In this document: positions 40,401 through 52,920 of the stretch, piece by piece
Numbering within the stretch: position 1 is the first letter of the stretch
Layout: each line of letters starts with the position of its first letter
Source of the DNA: the human T2T-CHM13v2.0 reference genome, Homo sapiens
Reading direction: 5' to 3' (one strand)
Assembly (NCBI RefSeq): GCF_009914755.1
Contig: NC_060930.1
DNA length: 64,000 bases
The notes under the pieces: generated by a model
Seen by the model: only the letters and a program-made list of their open reading frames with translations
Databases searched by the model: none
Told to the model about the DNA's origin: nothing
Translations under genes and position numbers: made by a program

Positions 40401-43400
40401 TTGGCTAGAACAGAACACATCAAAAGAAATGGAGAACATTCAATATGTTAAAATGTGTGGCCTGACAATGTACGGTTTTCACCTGAGCCATACTGTTGGC
40501 TTTCATAAAATTTAAAGACATTCTGAAATCTCTCCTGATCTGTGAAGTCGTTCCACATTTCTCAGAAAAGGATTACCTGTTTTACTCTGATAATTTTCAA
40601 CCTGATAGGTCCACAGATACTCTAGCCTTCCACTACTAGCATAATTTTTCCCTGAACGTGCACATAGGATAGCCTTTGAATTTAGATTTTGCACATATTA
40701 GTTAAGTCGTTTTACTTCCAGTTATTTCTGTGCCTGATATTTTGCTTCTAAATTGTTGAGTGAAGAATCAGGTTCTTATCATTTCTTTTCATTCTTTTCC
40801 ATCATATAGACTTATGAGGTGTTCAGGGCTATGTGATGATGATAATAATGTTAATAACAATAATGACACCTCCCATTTGTGTTACACTTTACAAAGTACT
40901 GTAATGTACATTATCTTATCTTATTCTAAAAATGTGCCTGTGATGATTACTTTGTTCCTCACTCTTCAGAAACTGTAATAGCTCCTCTGCCTCCCACCAG
41001 CTTTGTTGCTGACACTCCAGAGAGAACTGCATCCCCCGAGTTCTGTTGCTCAGGTAACTCCCCAGGCTCCTAAGCCCATTGCTTATGCTTCTCTGACCCC
41101 AATTGCAAAGCCATTGATTTGGTTTCCATTCTTGCTCTCCATCCTCTTCTTTAGACTGGACACAGTCACATGCTTCTTGAGCCTGACTTACGCCAGAAGA
41201 CTGGCTTTGGTTGCACTGTACTCTGGGCCCTGCAGCTGAATGGCATCACCACCCACTCCCAGCTGCAGATCATGAAACCACTGTCTTGATCCTGCCCACT
41301 TAGGGATGGAGGTCATGGGTACACTTGTCAGCAAAAAGAGAAATATAAAACTCCCAGCTTAGAGCTCCTAAATGAGTTGTTACTTTCTTTCTAAATAGAA
41401 GCATGAGTTTAGGATACAATATTCCCAGTGAAGGCTATGCATCTTTTTCAAAACAGGCAGGCTTTTTTTTTTTTTTAATGCAGATTGTCATTAACACAAC
41501 AATTTTCTAACGTTTGTGATTATCTTAAACACAGAACTATGTTAGTTGATGCCCAATCTCACAACTTGGAATTTTCTCAATGCTTTTCTTATGAAAATTT
41601 GACCACTATAATTATGGCTTTTGGTTTGTATAGGATTTTATATGGATATACATAGCTCCAGTTTTCACGAATTCTTCCTATTACCCAGAAGTAGGATATA
41701 TTGAGCAACAAGGGTGTCAATGACTTGCAAGAATTAAAAACCAAGCAGATAAACAGAGGAATGGCAGAAAGCCTGAGGAATAAGGATAACGTAGGGAGAT
41801 GGAGCACAGAGAGTTGAGTGTTGCCTCTATAGGAACAGTTTGCACATGGCAGCTTTTAGCCTAGATAAGGGTATTTATATTCCAGAATAAGTTGTCCCAT
41901 ATTTCCTGAGAGAAAACTGTTTTGACTGCTTTTACTTATAAGTTTAGAGCATTACACAATATACTTTTATTTTTATGTTATTAAAATATTGATGATTTGT
42001 TACACAATAGACAAACTGACAACATTTTGAGGGTGATTTATATTTAGGGGGTCGTAGGAAATGTACACTGATTTCTTAATTTTTTTTTTTTACTGTCATT
42101 ATATTCCCAGAGTAAATATATCTTGTGAAAAGAAAGTTAAAATAATTTTAAAAACTGTAAGAAGGGTTTCTACAGGATGTTTAGGGGAGAGAAAATTTTC
42201 CTCTGTTGAGGAATTGAATCTCTTCCCCTAATGGCTGAAATCTCCCTCATAGCTAAGCAGACCCAGCCTTGGCCAAGGTGATATTGAGACCTTGTTGGCG
42301 TTCCAGGGAAGCTTAGGAAGCTCGTTATGCTGGGTGTGCAGCTCAGCGATTAGATAAGATTCCTCAGAGGTTTTAGTTGCTCTTCGCTTATTTCAATTTG
42401 GTTTTCTCCTTAGCTGGCTCCTACTTAGCTTTCCTAGCCTGTGTGACTCTTTGGGTTTTCAGTAGTACCAAATCCTACAGAAGTCTGTAAAACTGTATTG
42501 CTGTTCTTCACGTAGGAAAAACACTTTTGCATTTTGTGCCGCAGAATACAGCTCTCAAAACTGCCCGTCTCATAGATGCCTTGACCCATTAGCATCTCAG
42601 GCAGTTGGTTTGTCACTTTTCTTCCATTTTATAGCTTTTAAAAATTAATGGATTGAGTTCGTCAGGCTCAGGGGCTAAAATTCTATTCAGTAAGTGTGTT
42701 TTCATGGCATAGTGCATTAATATATGCAGGCAGGAAAAATAACCCTCCCAGAAAAGAACTTTAAGATGAAATTTCTAGCTGAAGCTCCAATATAATTTGA
42801 CTCTAGGTATAACTCAAGGCAATAACTTACCAATTTCATCACTCCATTTTACATTCATCTTTTTCTGGTATTTTCTTAAAATTGAGGGGGTGACTTTTTT
42901 CTGAATATAGACTTTTCTAGTATGCTACCAACTTTCAATCCACCTAACCTCAGCCACACAGTTGAGGCGGCTGCCCCCAGACTCCACAGCTGAATCGTGA
43001 ATGCAGAAAGTCCTCCCCATGGTCACACCTTCTAGGCTGTGTATGGCTATATTTCCACACACCTCGAGAGCAGCTCTTTGATATAACAGCTTCCAGCAGC
43101 TGAGCCACACTCCTTCAGCTCCTTCAGGTGCTCCCTTCCACCTGGACCCCATCACCAAGATGGAAACTACAATCTCACCACACCGCCCACTCCCTCCCTC
43201 ACACCCCTGATAATTCACTGCTCCCACTTGATCCTTCACCACCAATACCAGTCTCTGGTGACTTCATTCAGATTCATGAGAAGAAGAGCAGAGCCAGGGG
43301 AAAAGTCTGTAGTCACCTGGGCCAGCCATTGCACATTTCTGTTCTCCATCTGTATGTGATATGCTTCTCAGAGGCCTTTGCATCACCACTAATCTACTGC

Positions 43401-43769
43401 ACACAAGCAACCACTTGTCTATACCTGCTCCTCAGGAAATGCTCTGAGAGATCGGAGACAAATGGATGCAAATTCCCACAAATTCTTCCGCTCAGTGCTA
43501 AGTGTGTCCTGCTCAGTTCTTGTTCACTCTTACTTTTTCTTTTCTGCAAAGCTTCTTTCCAGGAATATCTCCTCCATTGTGTGCTTCATCCCAACTGCTG
43601 GGTGCAGGTGAGGGGAAAGGATGCCTCAAGTGGGAGAGTGACAGGTGCTGGAAAAGAGAATCTCTGCTGTGACCACTGCCCAGCCATCCAGAAATGATGC
43701 CAGGACTGTTTGTCACAGAGGAAGCTTTGAAGACTCTATTGGAATGAGACTTCTCTCAGGAAGGGGGCT

Positions 43770-44174
43770 TTAGCAGACATGTGTTGCTGGGGCCACCCGC
43801 TACCAGTTCTTCCTTCCTTGGGTAACAACACCCTAATCATTCTTTGGGAAACTAATTCTTCCTCAGTCTTGATGGGACTTCTGATCAGGGTACTCCATTC
43901 CACTCCGGCCAAAGGATGGGCTCATGACCCCGCTTGACTGAATCTGATTTTTAAGCAGAATGACATATAGACTGTTGCTCTGATTCAGACTGCCAGTGAA
44001 TGAATGTCTCTTCATTCCTGAAGGTGAGTGCCCAGAGCTACTCTGAAACCTGGCTCTTCCACTTTTCTCCTCAATTCCATGAAGTATGCTATGTAGTTAA
44101 AAAATGTCTTTTTAAATTACGTTTACCAAAGTCTGTTTATATTCCTTGGAAAATCAAAGAAGTCTAACTGTTAT
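43770..44174 (+). mobile_element. Old MaLR LTR (MLT1K/L-like)
   Basis: tagcagacat...ccttccttgggtaacaacaccc...ggatgggctcatgaccc...caaagaagtctaactg. Confidence 0.5.
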
Positions 44175-45899
44175 GGAACTTGAATATGGTGTTGAGAAAA
44201 GGCATTTGACTGGCGAGTCAGAGGCCTTTGGTTCTATTTCCAGTTCCACTAAAGACAGCTACAATTATTTTGTTCCCACGTGACTTTACCTGCAGAATGA
44301 GGATTCTCAACAGGAAGAGGCACATCCAAATCTCTTGGGTGGCTTTTTAAAACTATAAACACCCATTGCCCAAGCAAATTCTGTTAAATGTCCCCCCCCC
44401 CCGCTCCTTTCCCCAGCAGCGCATGGCCTCACCATTGAACAGTACAGTACAGTGAGCCACAGTTTCTAACAGAAGCGTGTTATAGCCCTCAGATGTGTTG
44501 GATGGAAAAATATTCTACTGGGCTACAATATTTCCAAAAGTCCTTCCAGGTCTAATATCCTTTGAGTTGATGAGAACTTTTTCAAAAATACAACTATATC
44601 AGACAGGTTATGAAAAAATATTTAAAGCACAGGCAGATGGAAACCTAAGAATAGAAACAGAAATCAAATCTCAAAAATTGGAAGAATGGTTGCAAAAGAT
44701 TTTGATGTGAATTGCCTTAAATATAATGATCAAACTTGTAGCAAATGTATTGGTTAGAAATCGTGAGACTCCTCATATTTTTATTCTCTAGCACAAGGGC
44801 CTTCAATTTTGTGAAAGACTACTACATTTGGAAAAGAAAAAACTTGTCTATCTTTGACACATTATGTGTTTAGAAATTTTCATTGCACTAAAGTCTAAAA
44901 TTATCAATGTGATCATGTAATAACTAACATTCAGTGTCTAACAGAAAAAATTTTGAGGAGTTTGACAGAAAACTACTAATCTAAAAGAACTTGGTAAAAA
45001 AACCATTCTGAATAATTTACTAATAATTAATGAAATAACTATTACAAATATGAATGATACAAATAATAGTTTAAATAAATCAAATATACGTTAGTGAGCT
45101 AAAATGAAACAAACATTGAATAGTTAATATTTTAAAGAAATATTGAAATCAAAATTTAAAATATATTTTATTAAGGGCTGTCATTTAGTTTTTTGCATTG
45201 CTGGCTTCTTTTGCTGGAAAATGTTAAGAATATTTAAATCAAAACCATGGTCTCAGCCAGTCAGCTTTGACAGGATCATCTTCTGAGAGCCAAATTAAAT
45301 ATTTATAATGAATATGCTTGATTTTAATTAAATCATCTCATTTTTTTGTGTTCTCTTTCTCTTATACACATTCATACACATGTAAATCACCACCACCACC
45401 ACAGTATTCAAGCCAATAATATTTAATATTTACCTATTTTGCCACTTAAAAGAGCATATTCTTTGATATGATACTCTTTGCCCCTAAAGTTTCTTCAGAT
45501 CATATGGAATATACCCATATGCTTATGATATTCTACAATTTCTGCAAATTGTTCACCATATGGTACTACTAGAACTTTTAAAATTATGTCTTATGCTGGC
45601 TGCATCAATAATTTCAGTGGTTTATGCATGCATATAATTATGGATGTAACTTCATCCTCTTCATTGCTTTTTGTATACCTTTTATAAGTTCTTTTTATAA
45701 CAGATAAAAAACATTTGTTCAAATAAATGAGGTCATTGAAATTTAAAAGCTAATCATGAATCTAACTAGTTCCTTGCCCTGACCGTGAACATCCACTTAG
45801 AAAACTTCTAATTATTTCAACAATAATTACACTGGCAGGAGGACAATGGAGTATATAATTTATGGTACTAATTATACTATTTAAGTGTCTACATCTTAC

Positions 45900-46279
45900 T
45901 GCCTTAGTTCATTTTGTGCTGCCATAACAGAATACCTGAGACTAGTTACTTTATAAAGCACAGAGATTTATTTCTTACAGTTCTAGAGAGAGCCCTCTTA
46001 CTGTGTCATCCCATGGCAGAAGGTGAAAGGGTAAGACAGCATGAATGCAAGAGAAGAGAGATAGAAAGAGAGAGAGAGAGAGAGATCCTTTTATTAGAAA
46101 CGCACTCCCAAGATAACTAACTCATTTCTACAATAATGGCACTAAATGGCATTAATCCATTTATGAGAGCAGAGCCTTTGGGACCTAATTACCTCTTAAA
46201 GATCCCACCTCTCAGCACTGTTGCACTGGAAATTAAGTTTCCAACACATGAACTTTTGGGGATACATTCAAGCCATAGA
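45900..46279 (-). mobile_element. MaLR LTR (MSTD-like)
   Basis: ttagttcattttgtgctgccataacagaatacctgagact...cctaattacctcttaaagatcccacctc...acattcaagccatag. Confidence 0.8.
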
Positions 46280-46729
46280 ATTGACCTAAGCAAATTCTTT
46301 GAGAACCGAAGCTGGGGTAACACTGGATGACTGCACAGTGGTAACACTAACTGTTTTTGCAAGCTCTCTTTTTTTAAATTTTATTTTACTATTTCACCAA
46401 CAGGTGATAAAATACAGTATATGATATGCTGTAAATAGACAGTGAAGGACTAAACAAGAAGAATGATACTTTGTGAGAAGATTATATTCCATAGTTTCAT
46501 GTGAGGGGTACTTGAATTTTCAACCTTGCTTTCTGGCTACCTTTGAATAACAGACTTTTTTTCATGGTGTTGCATAGTATTTTGGAAGTAATGAAGGGAG
46601 TTTCCTACCATTATGTTTATGCATTTGTGTATCTTTGTAAAGGAACATTATGTTTATGTATTTGTATACCTTTGTAAAGGTGAAAATAGTATTACAGAAT
46701 AATTTTAATTTCTGTGGATGTTTAATTTC

Positions 46730-47250
46730 TGTACAAAGATGTTTATAAAAATTTTAAGGACTACCACTAAAGAGAAGTTGTTTAAAAAAAATTTCACAGT
46801 TCAATAAGAGGTTAAAAAAAAGCAGGAGAAAAAAAGAGTAAACCGAAAACTTAAATAAGATGGTAGAAATAAGTTCAAATATGCCAGTTATAACAATAAA
46901 TATAAACAGACTAGCTTTTAAAGAAAGATAATATGTGATTTGGATTTAAAATAAAACATATGTGTTATCTATAAGAGATATATTTTAAGTTAAAAAAACA
47001 GGCTTTCAACAAGATGATTGGACAAACTACAGCTGAAAAATAGTAAACCAAATAACATTAAAATCAGCTAAAATAGAATTTAAGGAAAAAATTATAAAAA
47101 GAGACAAGTGAAGATACTAAACTATGATTTTTAAAAAGCCACATAACCATACCTTCAAAGTATATAAAGTGAAAACTGATGGATTTGTAAAGATTTTTTA
47201 AATCCACAGAAGTATAGATTTTAAATCACCTGTTAAAAATATTAGGTTAA
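46730..47250 (+). mobile_element. Old L1M ORF2 (endonuclease region) fragment
   Basis: aataagatggtagaaataagttcaaata...aaatataaacagact...aaaatagaatttaagg. Confidence 0.5.
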
Positions 47251-47254
47251 ATAG

Positions 47255-47268
47255 AATATATATGAGTG

Positions 47269-47306
<38 letters not shown>

Positions 47307-47570
47307 TAATATATATATACATATATAAATATATAATATAGTTATACACATCTCTATATATTAATATAAAATATATTTATATTATAAAATTTTTACATAA
47401 ATATATAATTATAGAAGTATATAGATCTCATACAAATCTATATATTTGTATACATGATATATAAATATAACTATATATAATTATAGATTTGTATAATTAT
47501 ATTGTGTATATAAATATATATATTTTTGTGTGTATATACATATATAATTAGATAATTAGATATAATATGA
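47255..47570. repeat. (TA)n/(GA)n low-complexity tract
   Basis: Direct reading. Confidence 0.9.
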
Positions 47571-48659
47571 AAGTCCCAGTTTTGTACTTTTCATAATTGG
47601 GATACACTATTTTTTCTTTATTTTCTTATTCTTTTCTTTATCAAAGAATTTCTCCTTACAGATATGTCATATACTTCCTGTAATCTTTTGTAAAAAAAAA
47701 AATCTGAAATATCAGTTATCTTTGTGTCACTGGAAACCAGAAATGTTATTCAAACTGCACTCTAATCCACATAAATTAATCTCAAGTCAGTTCACCTTTC
47801 TCAAAAAAACTGACCTCACTGACCATCAGAAAAATTAATGACACTTAGGCAGGGCTCTAAAGGTTTTCAGCTACTACCCCAACTCTATTACCACCATTTT
47901 TATATGTGAAATTGATTTTTTTCTCAGTTTTATTGGCAGTACAATAAAACAGAATTTTGTTATTTTTATCCTACTATTCCCCTATTCCTTAGGTTGTTTT
48001 CCCTAAATTCCTCCTAAACTGAAATTATGAAGCCACAATTAATCAACAAGGTAGTATCAATCAATAAGGGTCCTGTTGTTTTTAATATTTAATCACTAAA
48101 AATTTTTTTTCTAAGCCATGACTCACTCACTTTTACCCTAAAATATTTAGCCTTGCTTATGTTTTATATGAATATATATTTGTCATATATTGTCAATATA
48201 ATAAATGATCATTAATTTAATTAGGGCTCATTTTACTAAGCTTAAAGATGGATTTAGACAAGTAAAATATATACAAAATATATGGTCTTTTCTCATACTC
48301 TCTGCCTGCAGACCCTCAACACCTTTCCTTTTTCTTATTTGTTCTCTTTAAAATTTCTTCTCTACTTCTCCATATTAATAATATTCAATAGAGCATCATT
48401 TTTCAACCTTGATATAAACTTCCCCAATTTCTTCCAAAGATTGTATTGCTTCATCCCTCTGAAAGGGAGCATGTTTTACAGAGGAGGCAGTAATTTCTCA
48501 GCTTTGATTATCAAATTTTATGTTTTGTTTATATTGTCTTTTCCCCTAACATGGCTGTAGTTGTTTTACGCAGATTTTGACAAGAGGGAAAGGGCTTTCC
48601 ACCCAGATGTGGTGGCCTTGACTGTCAAGTTTACTAAAATCAACCATGGAAAAACTATG

Positions 48660-49680
48660 AGATGGTACCTAAGATATGTCCTGTCATATGGAAGGGGGAA
48701 GCCTGTTCCCCCTGGCCACAGTGCTTGTGGAAGAGAAAAGAGAGTCAGAAATAGAGGAAGCAAGTATTCACACATTTGGTTGCAAACTTTCCCATATGCA
48801 CAAAACTTCCAGGGAGTAAAGAAGGATAAGCTGAAGGGTTTTTACCCACTTCCTGTTTTGAACTTCAGGTGGAGATGCCCACTCCCGGTGACCTTGCCAA
48901 TGTGGGATGGCAATAGACAGCATAGCTAGTGGTCAGATCTGAGTTGGGGGGTAATCTCAACACAGCTTCTACCACTGTTTGGCAAGGAAGAGCTCCGTAG
49001 TTCCTACATGTTCCCCCAGTCTCCCAAGTGGAGATTAAGAGGGCAACTGAATAAACAGCTAGGGAAATTTCCAGGAAGATTCAGGCATTAGTATTACTTA
49101 GGATAATTCCACAGCTAAGAACTGTAGAATATGTTATTGGGCTGGGGACAAAGTAGGAATCTCTGCCAGAAACCAGAGTGTCTCTGATATGAGATGAAGC
49201 CAATGGGGCCCATCAACAAGGTGAAATAGCTATGTTCCCCAGAGTACTGCCTAAACTAAGTGAACATAGCATGGGTTACACCACCCATGCTCTACAGTGG
49301 CAGACACCAGCAAGAAGCCCACAGATAGGACCAGCTCGACCAGTCCGACCACACTTGGTGAATACCAACCAGCTATCAGCTGTTCTACAAAAATCCTGGC
49401 ACCCTTCAACAACCCTGCAGGACAATAAACTTTCTCTTCATTGGAAATACTGTCTCAGGCAGGAGGAGGAAAAATAGAGAAACAGCTGGATGAGGGATGT
49501 GACGTTAAGTTGACTAAATGTTTGAGAAAGCTTGTTTTAAACTGAAGGAGATTAAGCTGGAAGAGAAAGTAATAGCATTAATTGGAAATTTTAAAATTTA
49601 TTTTGCCCTAATATCTAGCAAAATGTGGTATTCATAAAGATAAGTTATAGAGAAATAAGTAACGAAGCTTATAGAGGTGT
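48660..49680 (+). mobile_element. Probable ancient LTR (LTR78/MamGypsy-like), family uncertain
   Basis: ~1 kb purine-rich block with an LTR-like 3' part (ttttaaactgaaggagattaag...ttttgcccta...agaaata); weak recall only. Confidence 0.3.
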
Positions 49681-49795
49681 AGAAGTGTAAATGATGAGTG
49701 TATTCTACTGTGTGAAGAAATAATTCACAGTGTATATCTGTGTAAAAGTGTCAATAATTATGTCTGATCTATTAGATATAGATCTAAATATAGAT

Positions 49796-50166
49796 TGCTA
49801 TGGTCTCAATGTTTATGTCCTCTCAACATTCATATTTGGAAATCTAATCCCCATTGGGATGGTATTAGGAGGTGGGGCCTTTGGGAGATGATTAGATCGT
49901 GGCAGAGGGGCCATCACGTGTGGAATTAGTTCACTTTTTTATAAAAGAGACCCCAGAAAGCTGCCTTGCTCCTTCCACCACGTGAGGATGCAGAGAAAAG
50001 GCATCATCTGTGCAACAGGAAATGGGCCTTCACCAGACACTGAATCTGCTGAAACCTTGATCATAGATTTCCTAGTAACCCCCTAGAACTATGAGAAATA
50101 AATTTCTGTTGCTTAAAAGCTACTCAGTGTGGTATTTTGTTATAGCAGCCCCAATGGACTAAGACT
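49796..50166 (+). mobile_element. MaLR LTR (MLT1A0-like)
   Basis: tgctatggtctcaatgtttatgtcc...ggtattaggaggtggggcctttggg...gagaaataaatttctgtt...ggactaagac. Confidence 0.88.
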
Positions 50167-50329
50167 ATATTAGATATATAGACATAGATCCATATCTATC
50201 TATTTATCTAATCTACGTACTGTATATAAAAGGCCACATATCTATATACAGTACAGTACCATATGCGATTGAGATTGTGTGTGTTTTCTCATACATAAAA
50301 TTTCAATTAGTAGCTTTGGATGTAAGTCT

Positions 50330-50399
50330 CCCTTCCTTCCTTCCTTCCTTCCTTCCTTCCTTCCTTCCTTCCTTCCTTTCCTTCCGTCTCTCACTCTCT

Positions 50400-50410
<11 letters not shown>
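50330..50410. repeat. (CCTT)n / CT-rich microsatellite at the Alu tail
   Basis: Direct reading. Confidence 0.9.
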
Positions 50411-50693
<283 letters not shown>

Positions 50694-52479
50694 TAAGTCA
50701 TTTTCTGAATTTCATGTTATTTTCTGGAAATAAAATTACTAGGCCAGTGGAAATGAGTATTTTAAAGACTATTGGAATAGTTTGCCAAAGATAGCTTCTG
50801 TACCTAAATCAATCCATTCCTTTAAAATTGTCAGATATTTGAGAATGGCAAAAAAAAAAAAAAAAAGAAAAACTATATAAATCAAATATTGCATTTGTCA
50901 TTTACACTTTCGTTATTGTGAAGGCCAGATTTCAGGCTGTGGTTTGATTCTTCTGAGGTACTTGCTCTTTATTGAAGACACGTAGCCACTGGCTGTAAGG
51001 TAGCACTGTGTGATTGCTTCATGTTGTCTTATTTCTGTCCAGCTGAAAGATATTCCTTTCCACTCACAAAGACTGCAGTGAACTTAGGTATTACTATTAG
51101 ATACTTTCTCCACCAAGTCTCAATGTGATCAATCGCATGAGTTTCATGAAGATTATTGCTTGCTACTCAATCAAAATCCATTGTTAGATATTTTAAATTA
51201 TCTATTTAAAAAGCCTCTGTAGGAATTAAAATCTTTATACAATTTTTAAAATTATGAATAAACTTTGTAAAAATATAGCAATATTTAAGTGCTATAAGTT
51301 ATTTCCAAGCAGTTTCCATTGAACTCTTCTCTGGTTGATATTCTAGGCATCAAGCAGCAATCTTCACTCTCAGAAAAGAACCAATTCACTATTGGCTGAT
51401 GTTCACAGCAGGCCAGGATAGGGACCCATCACTTTTTCCTCCTTATTACACGCTGTCCTTTCCATTAGAATCATGGCAGTCTTCACACTGCTCCCTTTGC
51501 ATGTATAACTCATCCTATGAGTCAGGCCTTGAATTTATTTATTCCAGTAGGCTCCTAAAAACTTTCTCCTTTGGCAGTACAATCTCTCAAAACCAGATTC
51601 GCATCAAAATAATTTCCACCATCGATATTGTAGCACATATTATTCCACAATGATTTTTTAAATTAACAGTGTAGCATATGTTATTCCAAACATCTGAATG
51701 GATTAATTTTACTTCCAGAGATGGGATACTAAAGGGTTGAAAATATAGAAGAAAAATAATGTCAAAACATATAAAACTATGCATCCTTATAATCATGAGG
51801 AAGAGAAATATACATACCTGTATACAGAGATTTTTCTTGTTTTCTTTGCAATTACACTGTGTAAAAGTTTGAACATCAAGTTCTTTTACACTGGAGTTTC
51901 TTAAGCATAAAACTGTAAAACTCAGAGAGGCAAAGAACTGAAATGAAATTTAATTTTTAAAAATTATTAAAATATTTTACATGTGGCTTTTCCATTTTTA
52001 AGGTACACTTGTATTTCTTTGCTTTCATCTACATTCTTAATTGACTTCAAAGAGACTGTATTTTATTCAATATCTGTTTATATCTTCAAAAAATTCCTGA
52101 ATCATCTTCAAAATGCAACTCAAATGATGACCTTACTGATGAAAGAGAATTATTTCTCTTCTTTTTAGTTTAGGTGCATAGATACATAGTTCATTCTGAA
52201 TAATAAAAAGCTTTGAAAGGGGAAAGAACATTTTTCTTTATATTTGGTGGCAATTTTGACTTTGTATAGTCATTCATGGAGTTCAAAGAAATTTAAATGG
52301 ACAGAGCACAGAAGTATTCCTGACACAGCATCATTCAACAAATTCCATCCTGTGCTCATTCTGGCAACCTTAGACAGCCAATATCAAGTCCACACCCCTT
52401 GTTTGCTCTCCTATAGCTAACATAATATTGTTTTTACAAAACCAATGACTGAGAGATATGGTAGGTGGAATTGGGCATG

Positions 52480-52920
52480 TGGAGTCTGTGGGGAGGGAAG
52501 ATAGCCATTTTAAATAGGGTGGTAAATTCTGAAAGATGTAAAGGAGTAAGTCTTGTGGATTTCGGGGCAGAGTGTAACAGAGTAAAACGGCTGATGCAAG
52601 AGACACAGGTGAAAGGGTGAGAGTGGCATGTCTGAGAAACTGCAAGGAGGTCACTGGGCTAGAGCAGAGTGAGCCTGAGGGATGTGGTAAGAGATAAGAT
52701 TATCAGAGAGGTAATAGGGGTGGAGGTGTCACAGTGCGTCTCCTAGAAACTTGAAAGTTCGCACTGAATGAATCTGAGAGCCAATAGAAGAGTAAATAAA
52801 GGAGTAGTGTTTTAAAATCTGATTTTGCTTTTCAAAATAGGATATACAGGGTCAAGAGTGAAAGAAGACAGTCTAGTTAGGAGACTATTCAATTAGCACA
52901 AGAAAAAAATGATGATGGCC
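52480..52920 (-). mobile_element. L2 fragment
   Basis: ttttaaatagggtggt...gaaactgcaaggaggtcactgggctagagcagagtgag...gttaggagactatt. Confidence 0.7.

Noticed and set aside
43128-43697. 189-aa ORF as a protein-coding gene
   Set aside because: Non-ATG start, no recognisable domain, promoter or poly(A) context; kept only as an unexplained island.
47255-47570. Apparent palindromic structure in the TA-rich tract
   Set aside because: A trivial consequence of (TA)n low complexity.
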